A DNA stretch of 62,178 nucleotides, counting the filler, from Rhabdomonas costata (lineage: Eukaryota), in the NCBI GenBank assembly GCA_019059605.1. It is 25 parts of 25 records of this genome, joined end to end, with 100 filler letters (N's around TTAATTAATTAA, not from the genome) between each part and the next. Parts side by side here need not be neighbours in the genome. Positions count along the whole stretch, not along the records: positions 39,877 to 42,266 come from JAHMHO010003651.1; positions 42,367 to 44,754 come from JAHMHO010003652.1; positions 44,855 to 47,244 come from JAHMHO010003653.1; positions 47,345 to 49,734 come from JAHMHO010003654.1; positions 49,835 to 52,225 come from JAHMHO010003655.1; 20 more parts are not named here. One strand, given 5' to 3'. Under the pieces are notes generated by a model that saw only the letters and a list, made by a program, of their open reading frames with translations, was not told the DNA's origin and searched no databases. The position numbers and the translations under genes were made by a program. Position 1 is the stretch's first letter. The number at the start of each line of letters is the position of its first letter. This document shows, piece by piece, positions 40,379 through 52,217 of this stretch.

Positions 40379-41738
40379 ATGCTTAATACAGTGGACACTT
40401 ACTCCCGGGTGGTGTGCCTGCTCTCGGTGCTGTTGGGGCTGCTGATCGTCGTGCTCCACCACCGCCGCCCGGTTGTCGTCCATGTCATCGAGAACCACCA
40501 AAACATCCCAAAGGTGTGCAACTGTACCCTTTCTTTCCTTGCCCCCCCCCCCGCACTTTCATGTTGATATTGCTTGTGAAGTATTAAGTGGGCGAGTTTT
40601 GGAGGTGTATTCTACGCTTTCAGGCATCAAAAACTACTTGATTTTCCGTGGAAAGATTTCGGATGACGTGCCGCGTTCAATTCTTTGCAATACGATTTTT
40701 CTGCGGCAATTCTCAATTTTGACCCGTGCTCATCGTTGTGCTGGAGGTGGGCCAAACTATACATACCCTTGCTCAAATGGGCCGTTAGCCTGTGTTTGCA
40801 ATATTGCTGCTGCGGTTTTTACTGATATCCACTCATTCGTATTCCTCAAAGGCTGCTGCCGATGCTCTGAGCGGGACCACGGGGCGGCTGTACCGCATAC
40901 AGCACACTCGGAAGCTTCCCTCGGTACTCGCGGGAGAGTTTAGGGAATTCGGCAAGGAGTTAGCCTCCGCGGTGCAGCCCAGGGAGGTGCCCCGGACGTG
41001 GGCCAGGGGCCCCCGGTGCGAGAAGTGGGTGGTCGTCACGACGATCTGGAAGCCCTCCCGCGCCCTGAAGCAGGTACAGACATGGGGAATGGGGTGGGCA
41101 CTAACTCACGTTTGCGCGCGCGGGCACACACACATACACTCTCACGTACTCACATACATTCATACTTACTTACTAGCTCACTCACTCATGCGCAGTATGT
41201 CAACGAAATAATGCCTAGATAAGGCCCCAAGTGAACGACTCAAGATGTTATCACTGGTTGTCACCGAGTGCAATGTGGACACAGGAGTGAGGCAAATGCG
41301 GATGAGAGACCCATTCCCCAGAACGAGAAATAAAACTTCTAGCTAACAGACACCAATTGACATTTGCCATACACGCGGCTGCCATGAAACGGAATGATCA
41401 CCTCCATGGGGTGCCAATGCGATGAAGTCCAGCGCTGGGTTAGGGTTAGGTAAGGGTTAGGGTTAGGGCCCCGCCCTGACTGTCTTATGCCGGAGGTCAC
41501 TCCAATTGTCCGCCTCACTTCCACACACATCCCCAGAGGTTCACACCGCTCCGTATGTCGCCGTGATGCCGAAATTGTTGGGTCGTGCGGCGTGGGAAGG
41601 GGTGGGGTATCTGTGCTTTTTTTATAGGCCGCGGCTCTTCCCAACTGGTGCATGGTGGTCGTGCTGGACAAAAAGACCCCGATGCCCTTCGAGCTGACCT
41701 CCCCAGATCGCGTGGTTATCCTGGGGGTGAACGATCAG
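40379..41738 (+). CDS. STELLO/DUF288-like type II membrane glycosyltransferase, 5' part; exons 40379-40513, 40852-41073, 41628-41738
   Basis: N-terminal TM anchor, then CEKWVVVTTIWKPSRALKQAAALPNWCMVVVLDKKTP..VVILGVNDQ, matching the DUF288 pattern KWIVVT.I..P......L..W..VVV.D.KTP. Confidence 0.85.
41437..41468. repeat. interstitial telomere-like (TTAGGG)n, ~5 units with one variant, in an intron
   Basis: GGGTTAGGGTTAGGTAAGGGTTAGGGTTAGGG. Confidence 0.85.
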
Positions 41739-42366
41739 GTCTCTGTCTCTTGGTTTGCACACCAATGGTCCCCTAGAAAGGGCGAGCAGACTGTGAAGCT
41801 GTTACGATGCTGCTTTGAAGAGTTTGCTATTGCGGTTGTTCAAGGTTCGTTTTAGATCCGAGAATAGTGTTTTGCCTTGATTGCCCTCGCTGTAGTGTAC
41901 GTACTCTTTGTACGTACGTTTTTGTTATCACGTTCTACTTTTAGCACTTCTCTTCTTGCTTTGTAGTCCTGCCTTGCCGGTTGCAGTGGTTGAAGCCTTT
42001 CCCTTGCCTTCTTTCCGATCACCTAACAAACAACTCTCCTAGGCTGCTACCTTAGCATCCTTCCTTGGTAAAAGGATGAGTATATCAAGCGCATCAGCAC
42101 CTTCTGTTGCTGCTGCTGTGAGGGGGCAAAAAGTCTCGGAAGTGATCTGATGCTGCCGTTGAGAAATCCTCAAGCCAGCTTGATGCGGCGTCATATGCTA
42201 TAGCGTAAGGCAAAAAATTACTCACGTACAGTTCCGCCTTGAGCGTCTGGGGAACAGCCCAGCCAGNNNNNNNNNNNNNNNNNNNNNNNNNNNNNNNNNN
42301 NNNNNNNNNNTTAATTAATTAANNNNNNNNNNNNNNNNNNNNNNNNNNNNNNNNNNNNNNNNNNNN

Positions 42367-43858
42367 CTTCGGTTAGGTGTCTCTTCAGCGTGGCGAGCTG
42401 GTTGAGGATGGTGCTAAGGGCGGGCTGGGTCCCCTGGTGACCCTCCATCTCCTGCACTTGTGAGTTGCACATTCGGCTGGCTGGGGAAGCGCACACGCTC
42501 TGTTACATTGCCATTGGATGCTCAGTGGGGGCCACGGGATACTAACTCCTTGCAACTGTAACTTTGTCGGGTCTCTAGGAGCCTACCCCGTGGATTTCTG
42601 GATCCCGTGTGGTGTGTCTACCGTGATATTCTGGATAGCTCTGGCTTAGCACTGATGTCAGACGCTCTTGCCACTTGAGCTTTCTCGTGCAGCCGTGTGC
42701 GGGGGACCGAATACTGCCTCTACATGGCACACTGGCTGATGGGGCCGATAAGAAGCTATTGGCTTAGAGCTTTGTCGGTCCCACCCTTGCTGCGCTTGTG
42801 CTCTGCTCTTATGCCCGATGTATCGCTCGTTGATGGCAGGCGAGTTATGTGTGTTGGGGTACCGGCTCACCGCCGACCGACCGGTGAGGTGTGTGTGTGT
42901 GGTAGAAATGAGGGCAGCCACACGGTGGGCAGAAGCAAAATAGAACAGGTAAGAGCAGGAAACCTGAGGGGGCATTCAGGAAGAAGGAAGGAAGAATGAG
43001 AACGTGAACCCGCACTCTGCCAGTTCGTCCAGTCCCAAAATGTTGCTGCTGACTATATGAAATGTGTAAAAAGATAGAGAGAGAGAGAGAGAGGTGCCAG
43101 CCGTATGAGCCCCAAACACATCTAACAAACACATAAGTCTAATCAATTTTCCCTCCATCCCACAAAAATACAAACACTGCATGCGCTTGGAAAGCGCTTC
43201 AAATGGCACGGGAAAGAACCCACATACGCGAAAAAAAAAAGCGAAAGCGAACGCTGGAATGTGCGTACGCCGCATCCCGTCGCAGTACCTGCGGAGGAAC
43301 ATTCGTGACGGTCTGGATTTCCTGCTTCAGCAGTGGCGGCGTTAAGATCTGGAGCTGGAGCTGGACGTCCGTCTTTGGGTGGAAGAAAAAGGAAGGCGGA
43401 GACGGATCTCAAGAGAGAAGGTGTTGATTGGCGAATGACTTACACATCACACCTGACAGGCTGGGGGAAACCACGTCACATCAAAAGGCTATTCGTCTAA
43501 CACGGGGCCGAGAGGCCGACGTGCGGAAACGACGATACACACATTTCAGGATGGGGCAACTTTCCCCAAACGTCCTGGCTTTGGAATGATTTCCGCTCCG
43601 TTCCCACAGAGCTGGGTGAGCTGAGGAAACAACACATACATAAACACACACACATACACAAACGCTTTCAAAGGATTGTGAAATGTAGCAGGATTACAAA
43701 AAGACAATTCCCATATGTGCCCGAGGATAATTCCGATTCCATGTTTACCTAATCTCGACGCCTGGCCGCACATTGGAAAGAAAGGTGGGATGCGGGTGGG
43801 GGGGGGGATGGGCCTGACCGTCTCAGGAGGCAACACCGCGTCGATGTAAAACGTGGCC
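42367..43858 (-). CDS. probable multi-exon hypothetical protein (exon structure only partly resolved)
   Basis: AG/GT-bounded short exons ATFYIDAVLPPET (~43858-43820) and TDVQLQLQILTPP.. (~43373-43270), plus an open exon at the contig edge (..LSTILNQLATLKRHLTE). Confidence 0.35.
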
Positions 43859-44861
43859 TGGAAAACTGGACCTCCTAAAGACGGTAAGAGAAGGAAACGT
43901 TTGAGTCTGCTGTGAGGTGAGGACGCGCGGGAACCGCAGCCTTCCGCTTCTATAGCTCGGCGTGTTGCAGTAGCCAACCTCACAAACGCAAGCCTGGGGG
44001 CTACTTGTTTGCATCCAGACGGCAGACCTGTCGGACCCACCGAATGGGGTCCAAATGGGGTCTGGGCTTTTCTTGTTTGCACCTTTTCACCTCTGACAAT
44101 ATAACTCGCTTCACATTTTAAAGGTGAGCCTTTTTTACATCTCATAAAAAAACATGTGCATCAGTAATCAGCAATCACCCGGGGACCACACAGGGATGCA
44201 CACTGGGAAAGAGATGTCCCACTTCAGTGAAATTTTCATTTTCCCCCTTTTGCTACGCTGTTCCGACCACTTTTCAGAAAACAATTCTCACACTTGAAGT
44301 GACGCAGACAATATATCGCCCGAGCACGCGTCACTTCAACGTAATAATGTTTCGGTTGTGACTTTTTGACGTGACACAGACAATACAAAAGGGGAAATGT
44401 TTCCCGTTCTTTTTGGATTTGTGTTTGTGCAGGAGCATGCCTTGCTTCGATATTTTGTGCGCTGGCCGTTTTGGAGTTTAACTGGAGTTAAATCTGTTAG
44501 GTTTGGGGCTGGAATTTGAGCTTTCGAGTCAAATGGGTGTCTGCCGAAATCTTGTGCACATGGCGCTGGATGGCGATAGACGGTGAGTTTCCGGGTTCAA
44601 CTTCCGTCCTGCTGCGGTAAGATAGAAGCAAACCGTTAGAAGTGAACCATGTGACTGTACAAGAGGTGCATTATCCCCGAACTTCAGAGAACCCATTGAA
44701 AGAACCCAACCCCACGAGATGTTGGGAGGGGCGGGGGCGGCCAGGTCTCCACCCNNNNNNNNNNNNNNNNNNNNNNNNNNNNNNNNNNNNNNNNNNNNTT
44801 AATTAATTAANNNNNNNNNNNNNNNNNNNNNNNNNNNNNNNNNNNNNNNNNNNNGGTGTGG

Positions 44862-45122
44862 TGGGTCGACGAGGGCTAGAAGCAGGGCAATGTGAAAGGC
44901 AGCGTTCCGCGGGATGTGGAATGGACCCTTCATACTAGCAAGGTGGTATTGGCCGCGAAGGGGAAGCTAGTGCCAATCACCCGGTGGCGCCCCCGCCATC
45001 CGGGTGATTGGCACTAGCTTCCCCTTCGCGGCCAATACCGCCTTGCTAGTCTGAAGGGTCCATTCCCCATCCCGCGGAACGCTGCCGTTCACATTGCCCC
45101 GCTTCTAGCCCTCGTCGACCCA
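44862..45122. repeat. long imperfect inverted repeat: ~128-bp arms with a 4-nt CCCC loop (44990-44993)
   Basis: The arms are reverse complements with 5 mismatches and 1 single-base indel (hand alignment). Confidence 0.95.
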
Positions 45123-47355
45123 ACCCCCAGCACACTTCGGCTAGTACGCGCCGCGACCCTGCACTCCCGCGGTTAGGGGGCGCACTTTAGAAGGTTTTCG
45201 GGCGGGCGCCCCCCTTGTAAAAGCAGTTGCACCCTCCTGGCTGCCTGTTTTTCTGGGCTTCGTCTTTCCGGCTTCTGTGTGGTGGGCTTTGGCCTTTTCT
45301 CGCCGCCCGCGCCTTGGCGCGAGACCGGCGGCCCCCCGCGAAGCACCCCCTTTTCTGCCCTTCCCTGCGCCTCCGTACGCCTGTTTTCTTTGTCTTCCCC
45401 CTCTCGTAGAAGCCTTTCTCTCTTAGATTGGGCCCTTTTGTGCTTCTGTGTTTCTGCTCCTGCGTATTGCTTTTTTTGTGTCAAACAAAGCGCCCATTTT
45501 CTCTTGGAAACAACGCGATAGCCTCGGTACAGGGAAAGAAAGTGGCAATGGTAAAGTGGAAGGGCCAAACGGGAATGTCGTTAAGGGGGAAATGTAGTGA
45601 ATGGATGATGACTTTCTGGGAGAGGAGTGTCCATTTGCCCGGGGTGAAGAACCACCGGCACCTTCTGGCCATGCTCGAAGGTTGCAGGGTTGCATGTTGC
45701 GCCTTAGCCGCCGGACCCAATGCTGTGAACCAATACCGTTGCCTTTTTCGTGCTTTTCTTCCTGCTTTTGGTTTCCTTCGGTGCCGCTTTTCCCCCGCAC
45801 ACCTTTTGGTCACTTGACGCCACGAGCAGGTTTTGAACTTTGGTACCGCATCATACCAAAACTAAAGGAATCTAATTGGAAACCCCCTTTTACCAAAATA
45901 CCGGTTTTGACCCGAAAGCGAACACGTAGCCCACGAATTGCTGGAAATATTTTCCATTCTTTTCAGGCACATTTGCTTTACTGTTCCAAGTTTTTCACAC
46001 TTTGTGCAAACAATTCTATACGTCAAATTTTGAACACCACCGGACGCGCGCAACAGGCGGCAAAGGATAACAGCGCCAACGCCCTCTAGAGGAAACGTCA
46101 ATTTCAAGGAAACGGCTTTCCCATCTGACTTTGAAACCCGTGGCAAAAGCTCCTAAAGCAGGCTTTTTCGGAGGCCCCTGTAGCCCATCAGGTTCTTCCT
46201 GGCCCGACCGGAATCCAGGATTCGGGCCCGAAAGGAAGGGACCGAGGTGGCGCACTTGGTGAACGCCCCAAGGGACAAAGGGAGGAAGGAACGGGGTGAC
46301 CGCCGCATGTGAAAAGCGGGGACCGCCGGGGAAAAAATGAAAAAATGACGTGCATCAGCAAAGACATCGTTGCATGATCTCATATGGGTTGGAACTGGAA
46401 GGCAGCAAGTCTACAGGACAAAGACAAGCTAATGCTAGATTTAGCCGGATTTAGGCGGAGAACTACTCAGAGAATAGCTTTCAACTGGGTCGACACATTC
46501 CAAAGCTCTGCACAAGGGATGCCAAACGCTAACGAACGACCATCCAGGTTGCGTCTTGAAGTCATGCGTAGCAAATGGAAAGAGGGGTGGGGGGGTGCGG
46601 GGAAAAATTGCCGAGACCCTTCGAAAGAAAAGCTGCCAGTGGGAACCATGGGGGATGATTGTACAGTTCACCCGAAGGGTGCAGATTTATGGACAAATAG
46701 ACCGCACCAGAACGCCTGGGAACACGCAAAAGCAAACGATCGCCGGTCAGGAGGGCACCGGTGGGAGGGGAGGGGAGAGGTGAGGACTGCTCCCAAAAGT
46801 GGTCTCTCAGAGGCCACGCAGTGGGGCTGCAGATTCTCAGCTCGTGGTAAAGGAAAGCAGGAGTTGGGGATGAGACTTCGAGCTGCACAGGGCAAGTGCA
46901 CCCACGGCGGGGGAAGGGTTGATATTGAGAGGGGCATGCCCGCGGCGAAGCAGCTCAGCTGAACTCTCTCTCCGGCAGAGGGAGAGTGTATGCGTGGGAG
47001 GAGAGGAGGAAAAGTCAGCGGCATGGGGTTGCCAAAGGACGGAAAGAGCCAGTGCGTGAAGCGTGAGGAAGAAAAGGAGGCGAAAGAGAGAAAGAGGCGA
47101 GGGACACACACACGCACGCGAACCCACGGGGGCGTCTGGTGTTGCCAGTTGCGCACTGAGGTACTTTCCCGGCTCCCTGTCCCCCGGTCGGGGGGAGTGA
47201 AGAGAGCGCAGGACCGCCACACTCGGAATGCGCCCCACAACAACNNNNNNNNNNNNNNNNNNNNNNNNNNNNNNNNNNNNNNNNNNNNTTAATTAATTAA
47301 NNNNNNNNNNNNNNNNNNNNNNNNNNNNNNNNNNNNNNNNNNNNGGGGGTTTTGA

Positions 47356-47987
47356 GCTGTGACAGGCTCCTGTGACGAGACTATCCGCGTGTGGGATCTC
47401 CAGACGACCCAAGCCCTGCTTGTACTGCGGGGTCACATTGACTTTGTCATGTCAACGCAGCCCAGCTCGGACTTCACTAAGGTGAGTGCACGTTTTCTAT
47501 GTTTATTCTTTGGCTGGAAGTGAAGGGAGGGGAGGGGAGGGGAGGGAACTCGCTTGCGCCGGATCTTCTAAATTTCACAAAGCGAGACAACCTACACGTC
47601 TTGTTTCACTGTGTGTTGCTGTGTCCCTTCTAATAGATTCTGAAACGTTCAACGTTGACTGTGTTATCTTTGCGCAAGGTGCTGTCTGGTTCCTGGGACT
47701 CTACCACGATGGTCTGGGACCTCCGTTCGGGAGATCCCGAGATCACCCTGTGTGGGCACGGAGGAAGAGTATGGCAGGCGGTGCTGGTAGACCCTCAGGC
47801 CGTGCGTGGCGTGGTCACTGCGAGCCATGACGGAGAACTGCGGGTGTGGGACCTGCGGAGAAGCGCCCATTCCGTGGCCACTCTGAGTGGCCACACGGCG
47901 CCTGTGTTGTGCTGTGCGGTGAGTGGGCACCTTTTGGCGAGCGGCAGTGACGACCGCTCGCTTCGCACGTGGCTGCTGCCCGTGTGA
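47356..47987 (+). CDS. WD40-repeat protein, 3' part; exons ~47356-47481 and 47679-47987
   Basis: Four GH...S.D...VWD repeats (TGSCDETIRVWD, SGSWDSTTMVWD, TASHDGELRVWD, SGSDDRSLRTW). Confidence 0.93.
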
Positions 47988-48407
47988 GCTTCTGTTGTGA
48001 CCCATTGGGCTGACATTTTCCTGAATTCTTTGATCTGAGGGCTTTAAATACGCAACAAAATTGTAGCCAACACCAGCATGAATTGTGTCCCTTCCCCGCG
48101 AACTTGAGAGTCGGTGATGCTTCTCAAAATCACTCATGATCTCCTTTGGTTGATGGATCACCAGTTGGTTTCGCACCCGCAGCAACGTTGTAATTCACGA
48201 CACTTCCGGATCGGGCAGCCCCTTCCCTACAATAAGGTCATTACTTTTAGGTCAACCGTGATTGATCATTCCCCACCTCACAGTTGTTGACTTTCTGTGT
48301 TTCCTTTCTTTGACAACCCTGCGGTGTGCAGGACAGAGTTTCGCTGCGCCACTGTGCCCAACATTCCTTCGTTCTCGCTCGAAACCTACCGCGGTCGGTT
48401 GCTCAAC

Positions 48408-49690
48408 ATGGCCGCAAACTTTTTCGCCCCCAAGGGCCACAAGAGCACAGCCGAAGGCTCGCTGTCTTCGAAGGCGCAATCTTCTTCCGCGGGTTCTGCC
48501 TCTAGCTCATCTTCGGGTAAGGATACAGAGAAAGCTGCCAACAGCAGCCGGCGACCATCGCCGTGGGTTGAGAAGTACCGCCCGCAATCTGTGGACGAAG
48601 TTGTGCACCAGACCGAAGCGGTGCAAATCATGAAGCGCTACCTCTCCAGCCCAGGGAGCCTGCCTCACATGCTCTTCTACGGTCCTCCAGGTTCGCCCCC
48701 TTTAGATGCACGCTTACGTGCAGTTTGTATGGAGAGAGGGGGAGAGAAGGAGGAATGGATACCCACAGAGATTTCTCCACAGCATGAATTCCCAGATACT
48801 TCACCGCACCCTCCGTGAGGAATGAGTGAGCACTTGCGCCCGTTGGCCTCTTGAATGTGCGCAACCCAACCCCAAAGGGACGGGGAAAACCACCACCATC
48901 CTTGCGGTGTGCCGCGAGCTCTTCGGCCCAGAGTATCTGAAGACTCGGGTGAAGGAGCTCAACGCCAGCGACGACCGGGGCATTGAGGTGGTGCGGCAGA
49001 AGCTCAAGAAATTCGCCCAGGTCGCAGTCTCCAGCAACCCCAACCAGACTCAAGGCGGGAAGTTTTACCCAGTGCCCTCCTACAAAGTCATCATCCTCGG
49101 TGTGGACGCCACCTTACATCCCCTTCCCATCCAATCGAGTGGTCTCCTGAACGTGGATCGCTTCGGTTTTTGTTGTCGTAATGGCCGCAATTATTGTGAA
49201 GGTGTCTGGGTGTCTTGGGGATGTGGTGGGACCTAGTGCTCCTTGTAATGTTCTGTGACACCCACAACCCGCTTCAGCTATTAAAATACGAATCAGTCTC
49301 CTGAGCTCGAAATGCGCTGGCACGCTAGCCCTGATTTGGCATGTAGTGTGCAGCAGCCGAATTTTTATGTCAGCGGCCACGTACTGATTATATTGGTATG
49401 AGCCCGTAAACATCCATGCACCCGAAGTGTGTGCATACAGTTACCCGTGCGGTATGGGGTTGGGGTGCTTTTTTGGGCGGTGTACAGATGAGGCCGACGC
49501 TCTGCTGCCTGACGCCCAGGCCGCGCTGCGGCGGATGATGGAGGACTTCACCGCAGTCACGCGGTTCTGCCTAGTGTGCAACTACCTCAGCCGAATCATC
49601 GACCCCATCACCTCGCGATGCGTGAAACTGCGGTTCAAGCCTCTGGCCACGGACGCCCTGCACGCACGGATCCAGCACATATGCGACAAG
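48408..49690 (+). CDS. RFC4: replication factor C small subunit (human RFC4 / yeast Rfc2 type), 5' part; exons 48408-48690, 48878-49099, 49488-49690
   Basis: Motifs PWVEKYRP, Walker [41 protein letters not shown] and SRC. Confidence 0.95.
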
Positions 49691-49909
49691 GTGTTGCTGG
49701 GTGGCATCCTTGCGTTGCCCCAGGCACCACCACCNNNNNNNNNNNNNNNNNNNNNNNNNNNNNNNNNNNNNNNNNNNNTTAATTAATTAANNNNNNNNNN
49801 NNNNNNNNNNNNNNNNNNNNNNNNNNNNNNNNNNTTTTGTTTTTTTTTGAGTGATGTGAAGGCTGTGAGTCTCGACCGTGAGAGGATGAGCGGGTTGGTG
49901 CTTTCTCAG

Positions 49910-51249
49910 AGGCAGCAGCTGTGGATGTTCCACCAGTTCGCCCCAGGGGCGGCATTCTTCTACCCACATGGGGCGAGGATTTACAATGCCCTGATGCAGA
50001 TGATTCGGGTTTGCTAAGGAACTCCAAGGGTGGGGTGGGGGGCATTTTTTCAGCAGGTCGACTCAGTCGCGATGGACTCTGCTTGAATGAATTAGTGGTT
50101 GTGTTTTGGATTGATTTGGTCTGGGTTCCTTTTGATTGGGAGCGCTTAAAGCGTTCCATTTCTCGGCTCGTTTTTTCCTGACTCTCGCGTAACAGCACTG
50201 CACCCCGCCCTCACTTGACTTTGAACACTTCGGATCCTCGACCTCTTAGCCTCTCTTTCCGTGGTTCACGGCTTTCCTTCCGCAAAGAACTGACTGTGGA
50301 GCCCTAGGGGGAATCACTCCTCACCTCTGTATGTGCATGACTCGTTGCTCGGAAAGTTCCCGACTTTGTTTGTTCTAGACCTATGCTTTAATCCAGCCTC
50401 TTTCGACCCCCAGGACAGGCTGGATATACTCTTGAGGCCGGACACACATCGCTTCAATAGGGGTGACGCCGGAGAGAAAGACAACCATTTTATTGTACAC
50501 GTGCGCTTTTGGTGGGACGGAACAGAACCAGTACCGGTTCCGGGGCTACGACGAGGTGGTGACCCCCAATCTGTTCCACTACAAGCTGTGGGAACAGTCC
50601 GGGCACTGGGCCCACTACGCGGAGAACATGTTCCGTTGCGAGGTGGAGAAGGAGATCCACAGCTTGAAGCCCATGAATTGCCCCGGTCAGTGTGCGTGTG
50701 GGTGCATGTGTGCGTTTGTGTAGAGTAGTTGCGGATCTTCTCAGCCACTCCACATCGTCCCACGCCACCATTTTGGTGATGAGAAATTACTGCGACCCGC
50801 AGAGCATGATAGTGAGCCACCTCACTTGGACAAAGAGGACTCGGGTTATCGGCTCACCGGCGATAGCCGCAACCATCCCGGCATTCCTTGTCCTTGTGTC
50901 GGTGTGTGTGTGTGTGTGTCGTTGGGTGCATGGGGATTACTTTCTCTGCTGCCGCATTAAAAGACGCTGACATCGGGAGGGCACAGGACACAGGGCCCAT
51001 TCTCCATCGATGAGTGATGAGCCCATTGGGGAGAATAAGACCTTGAGTCCTCCATTGTGGTCCGTTGCATCTTTTTCAGAAGAAGAATGGTGTGGTGGAA
51101 TACCGTTAGCACCTTTTGCCAGCTGTTTGGCTGTGTGGATCTGTCTGCATATGATAGGATTTGTTGCGATGTGAACAGGACACATGCTGATGTTTGCCAG
51201 CCAGACCCACTCCTACAGGGACCTTCCGGTCCGCTACGCGGACTTTGGG
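49910..51249 (+). CDS. TARS: threonyl-tRNA synthetase, internal fragment; exons 49910-50008, 50526-50685, 51179-51249
   Basis: [62 protein letters not shown]. Confidence 0.96.
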
Positions 51250-51345
51250 GTATGCATATCTGGGGGGAGGGCTCACGCTGCTCATATAATCCAAATGTGA
51301 GACACCTGTTGGCTTTCTCTGTGAGCTTTTTCGCTTTCTAAAGTA

Positions 51346-51673
51346 CGTTACACCGTAAACTCAGAACTGAGCCATACCACATGGCTGTTTTTAAACCCTT
51401 TCTTTACCTTCCTTCTCAACAAACAGCTGGTTAGAGAATTTACAATTCGCTTCAAAAGATCAATACACTCACGGAATCACCCGGAAAAAATCGCGCCTTC
51501 GGCGCAGTACTCTCTTCGCAGCAGCCCATGTCCAACTGCCTTTTAGGTTCCCCGTCAAGAAAACAGTCCGGGTTCATCCATAACATGTCCCCAGACAGCG
51601 GCATTCCTATAGGATGAAAAGACTTCGAATGGAAAACCGTCACATACCATTTTCTGAGTTTCCGGGTGTAACT
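51346..51673. mobile_element. 328-bp Tc1/mariner-derived MITE in a ThrRS intron, flanked by TA
   Basis: Left TIR CGTTACACCGTAAACTCAGAA and right TIR TTCTGAGTTTCCGGGTGTAACT. TA at 51344-51345 and 51674-51675. The same TIR occurs at 58983 and 60721. Confidence 0.85.
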
Positions 51674-51794
51674 TACCTTTGTATGTACTTACATCTCTTA
51701 GCATTTATATACATTTATATGCTGTGTTATCTACATAATTGAAAATGTACAGGTTTACCACGTATTGCTTTCTCATATTCAATTTTTAATCCTC

Positions 51795-52217
51795 CTATCT
51801 CATTTTTAATTCAAAATGTTGTTTAACTTTCTCCTCATCTATTGCGTCAATTAAAAGTAAATCTGTTTTTCTCGTTAGGAGACGAAGCAAATGATTGGAC
51901 CCTTCATGTGGTGGCATAGACAAGGGACGCAGCGAGGCCACACGTTGGATCCTTCGTGCAGCAGTCTCGAGCCTTTCAACATCACAAAAGGGTTCTAGGG
52001 GGAGGCGCCCACGGTTCACAGGGACCTCCTCATATCTTCGAGATAGTTCGTCGAGCATACGCCGGGGAATCACTCGCCAGGCGTTGAGCGCATCGTTTTC
52101 CGTTGCCAGGGCCGCTACCACACAAAGGGAAATAACATAAATGTAATTGTGCGCAATTGCCATTTTCGTCCTGACCAGCAACATCTCCACATTCCATCTC
52201 GCCAAATACGCTTCCAC
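51795..52217 (-). CDS. intronless ORF (5'-truncated by the contig end), antisense to ThrRS, possibly TE-encoded
   Basis: 140 stop-free codons with protein-like composition, followed by an AT-rich trailer. No family recognised. Confidence 0.45.
   Translation of the reverse strand: MEAYLARWNVEMLLVRTKMAIAHNYIYVISLCVVAALATENDALNAWRVIPRRMLDELSRRYEEVPVNRGRLPLEPFCDVERLETAARRIQRVASLRPLSMPPHEGSNHLLRLLTRKTDLLLIDAIDEEKVKQHFELKMR

Noticed and set aside
51651-51659. TTTCTGAGT as a Euglena-type spliced-leader remnant
   Set aside because: Only 9 nt match, and they are fully explained as part of the Tc1 TIR.
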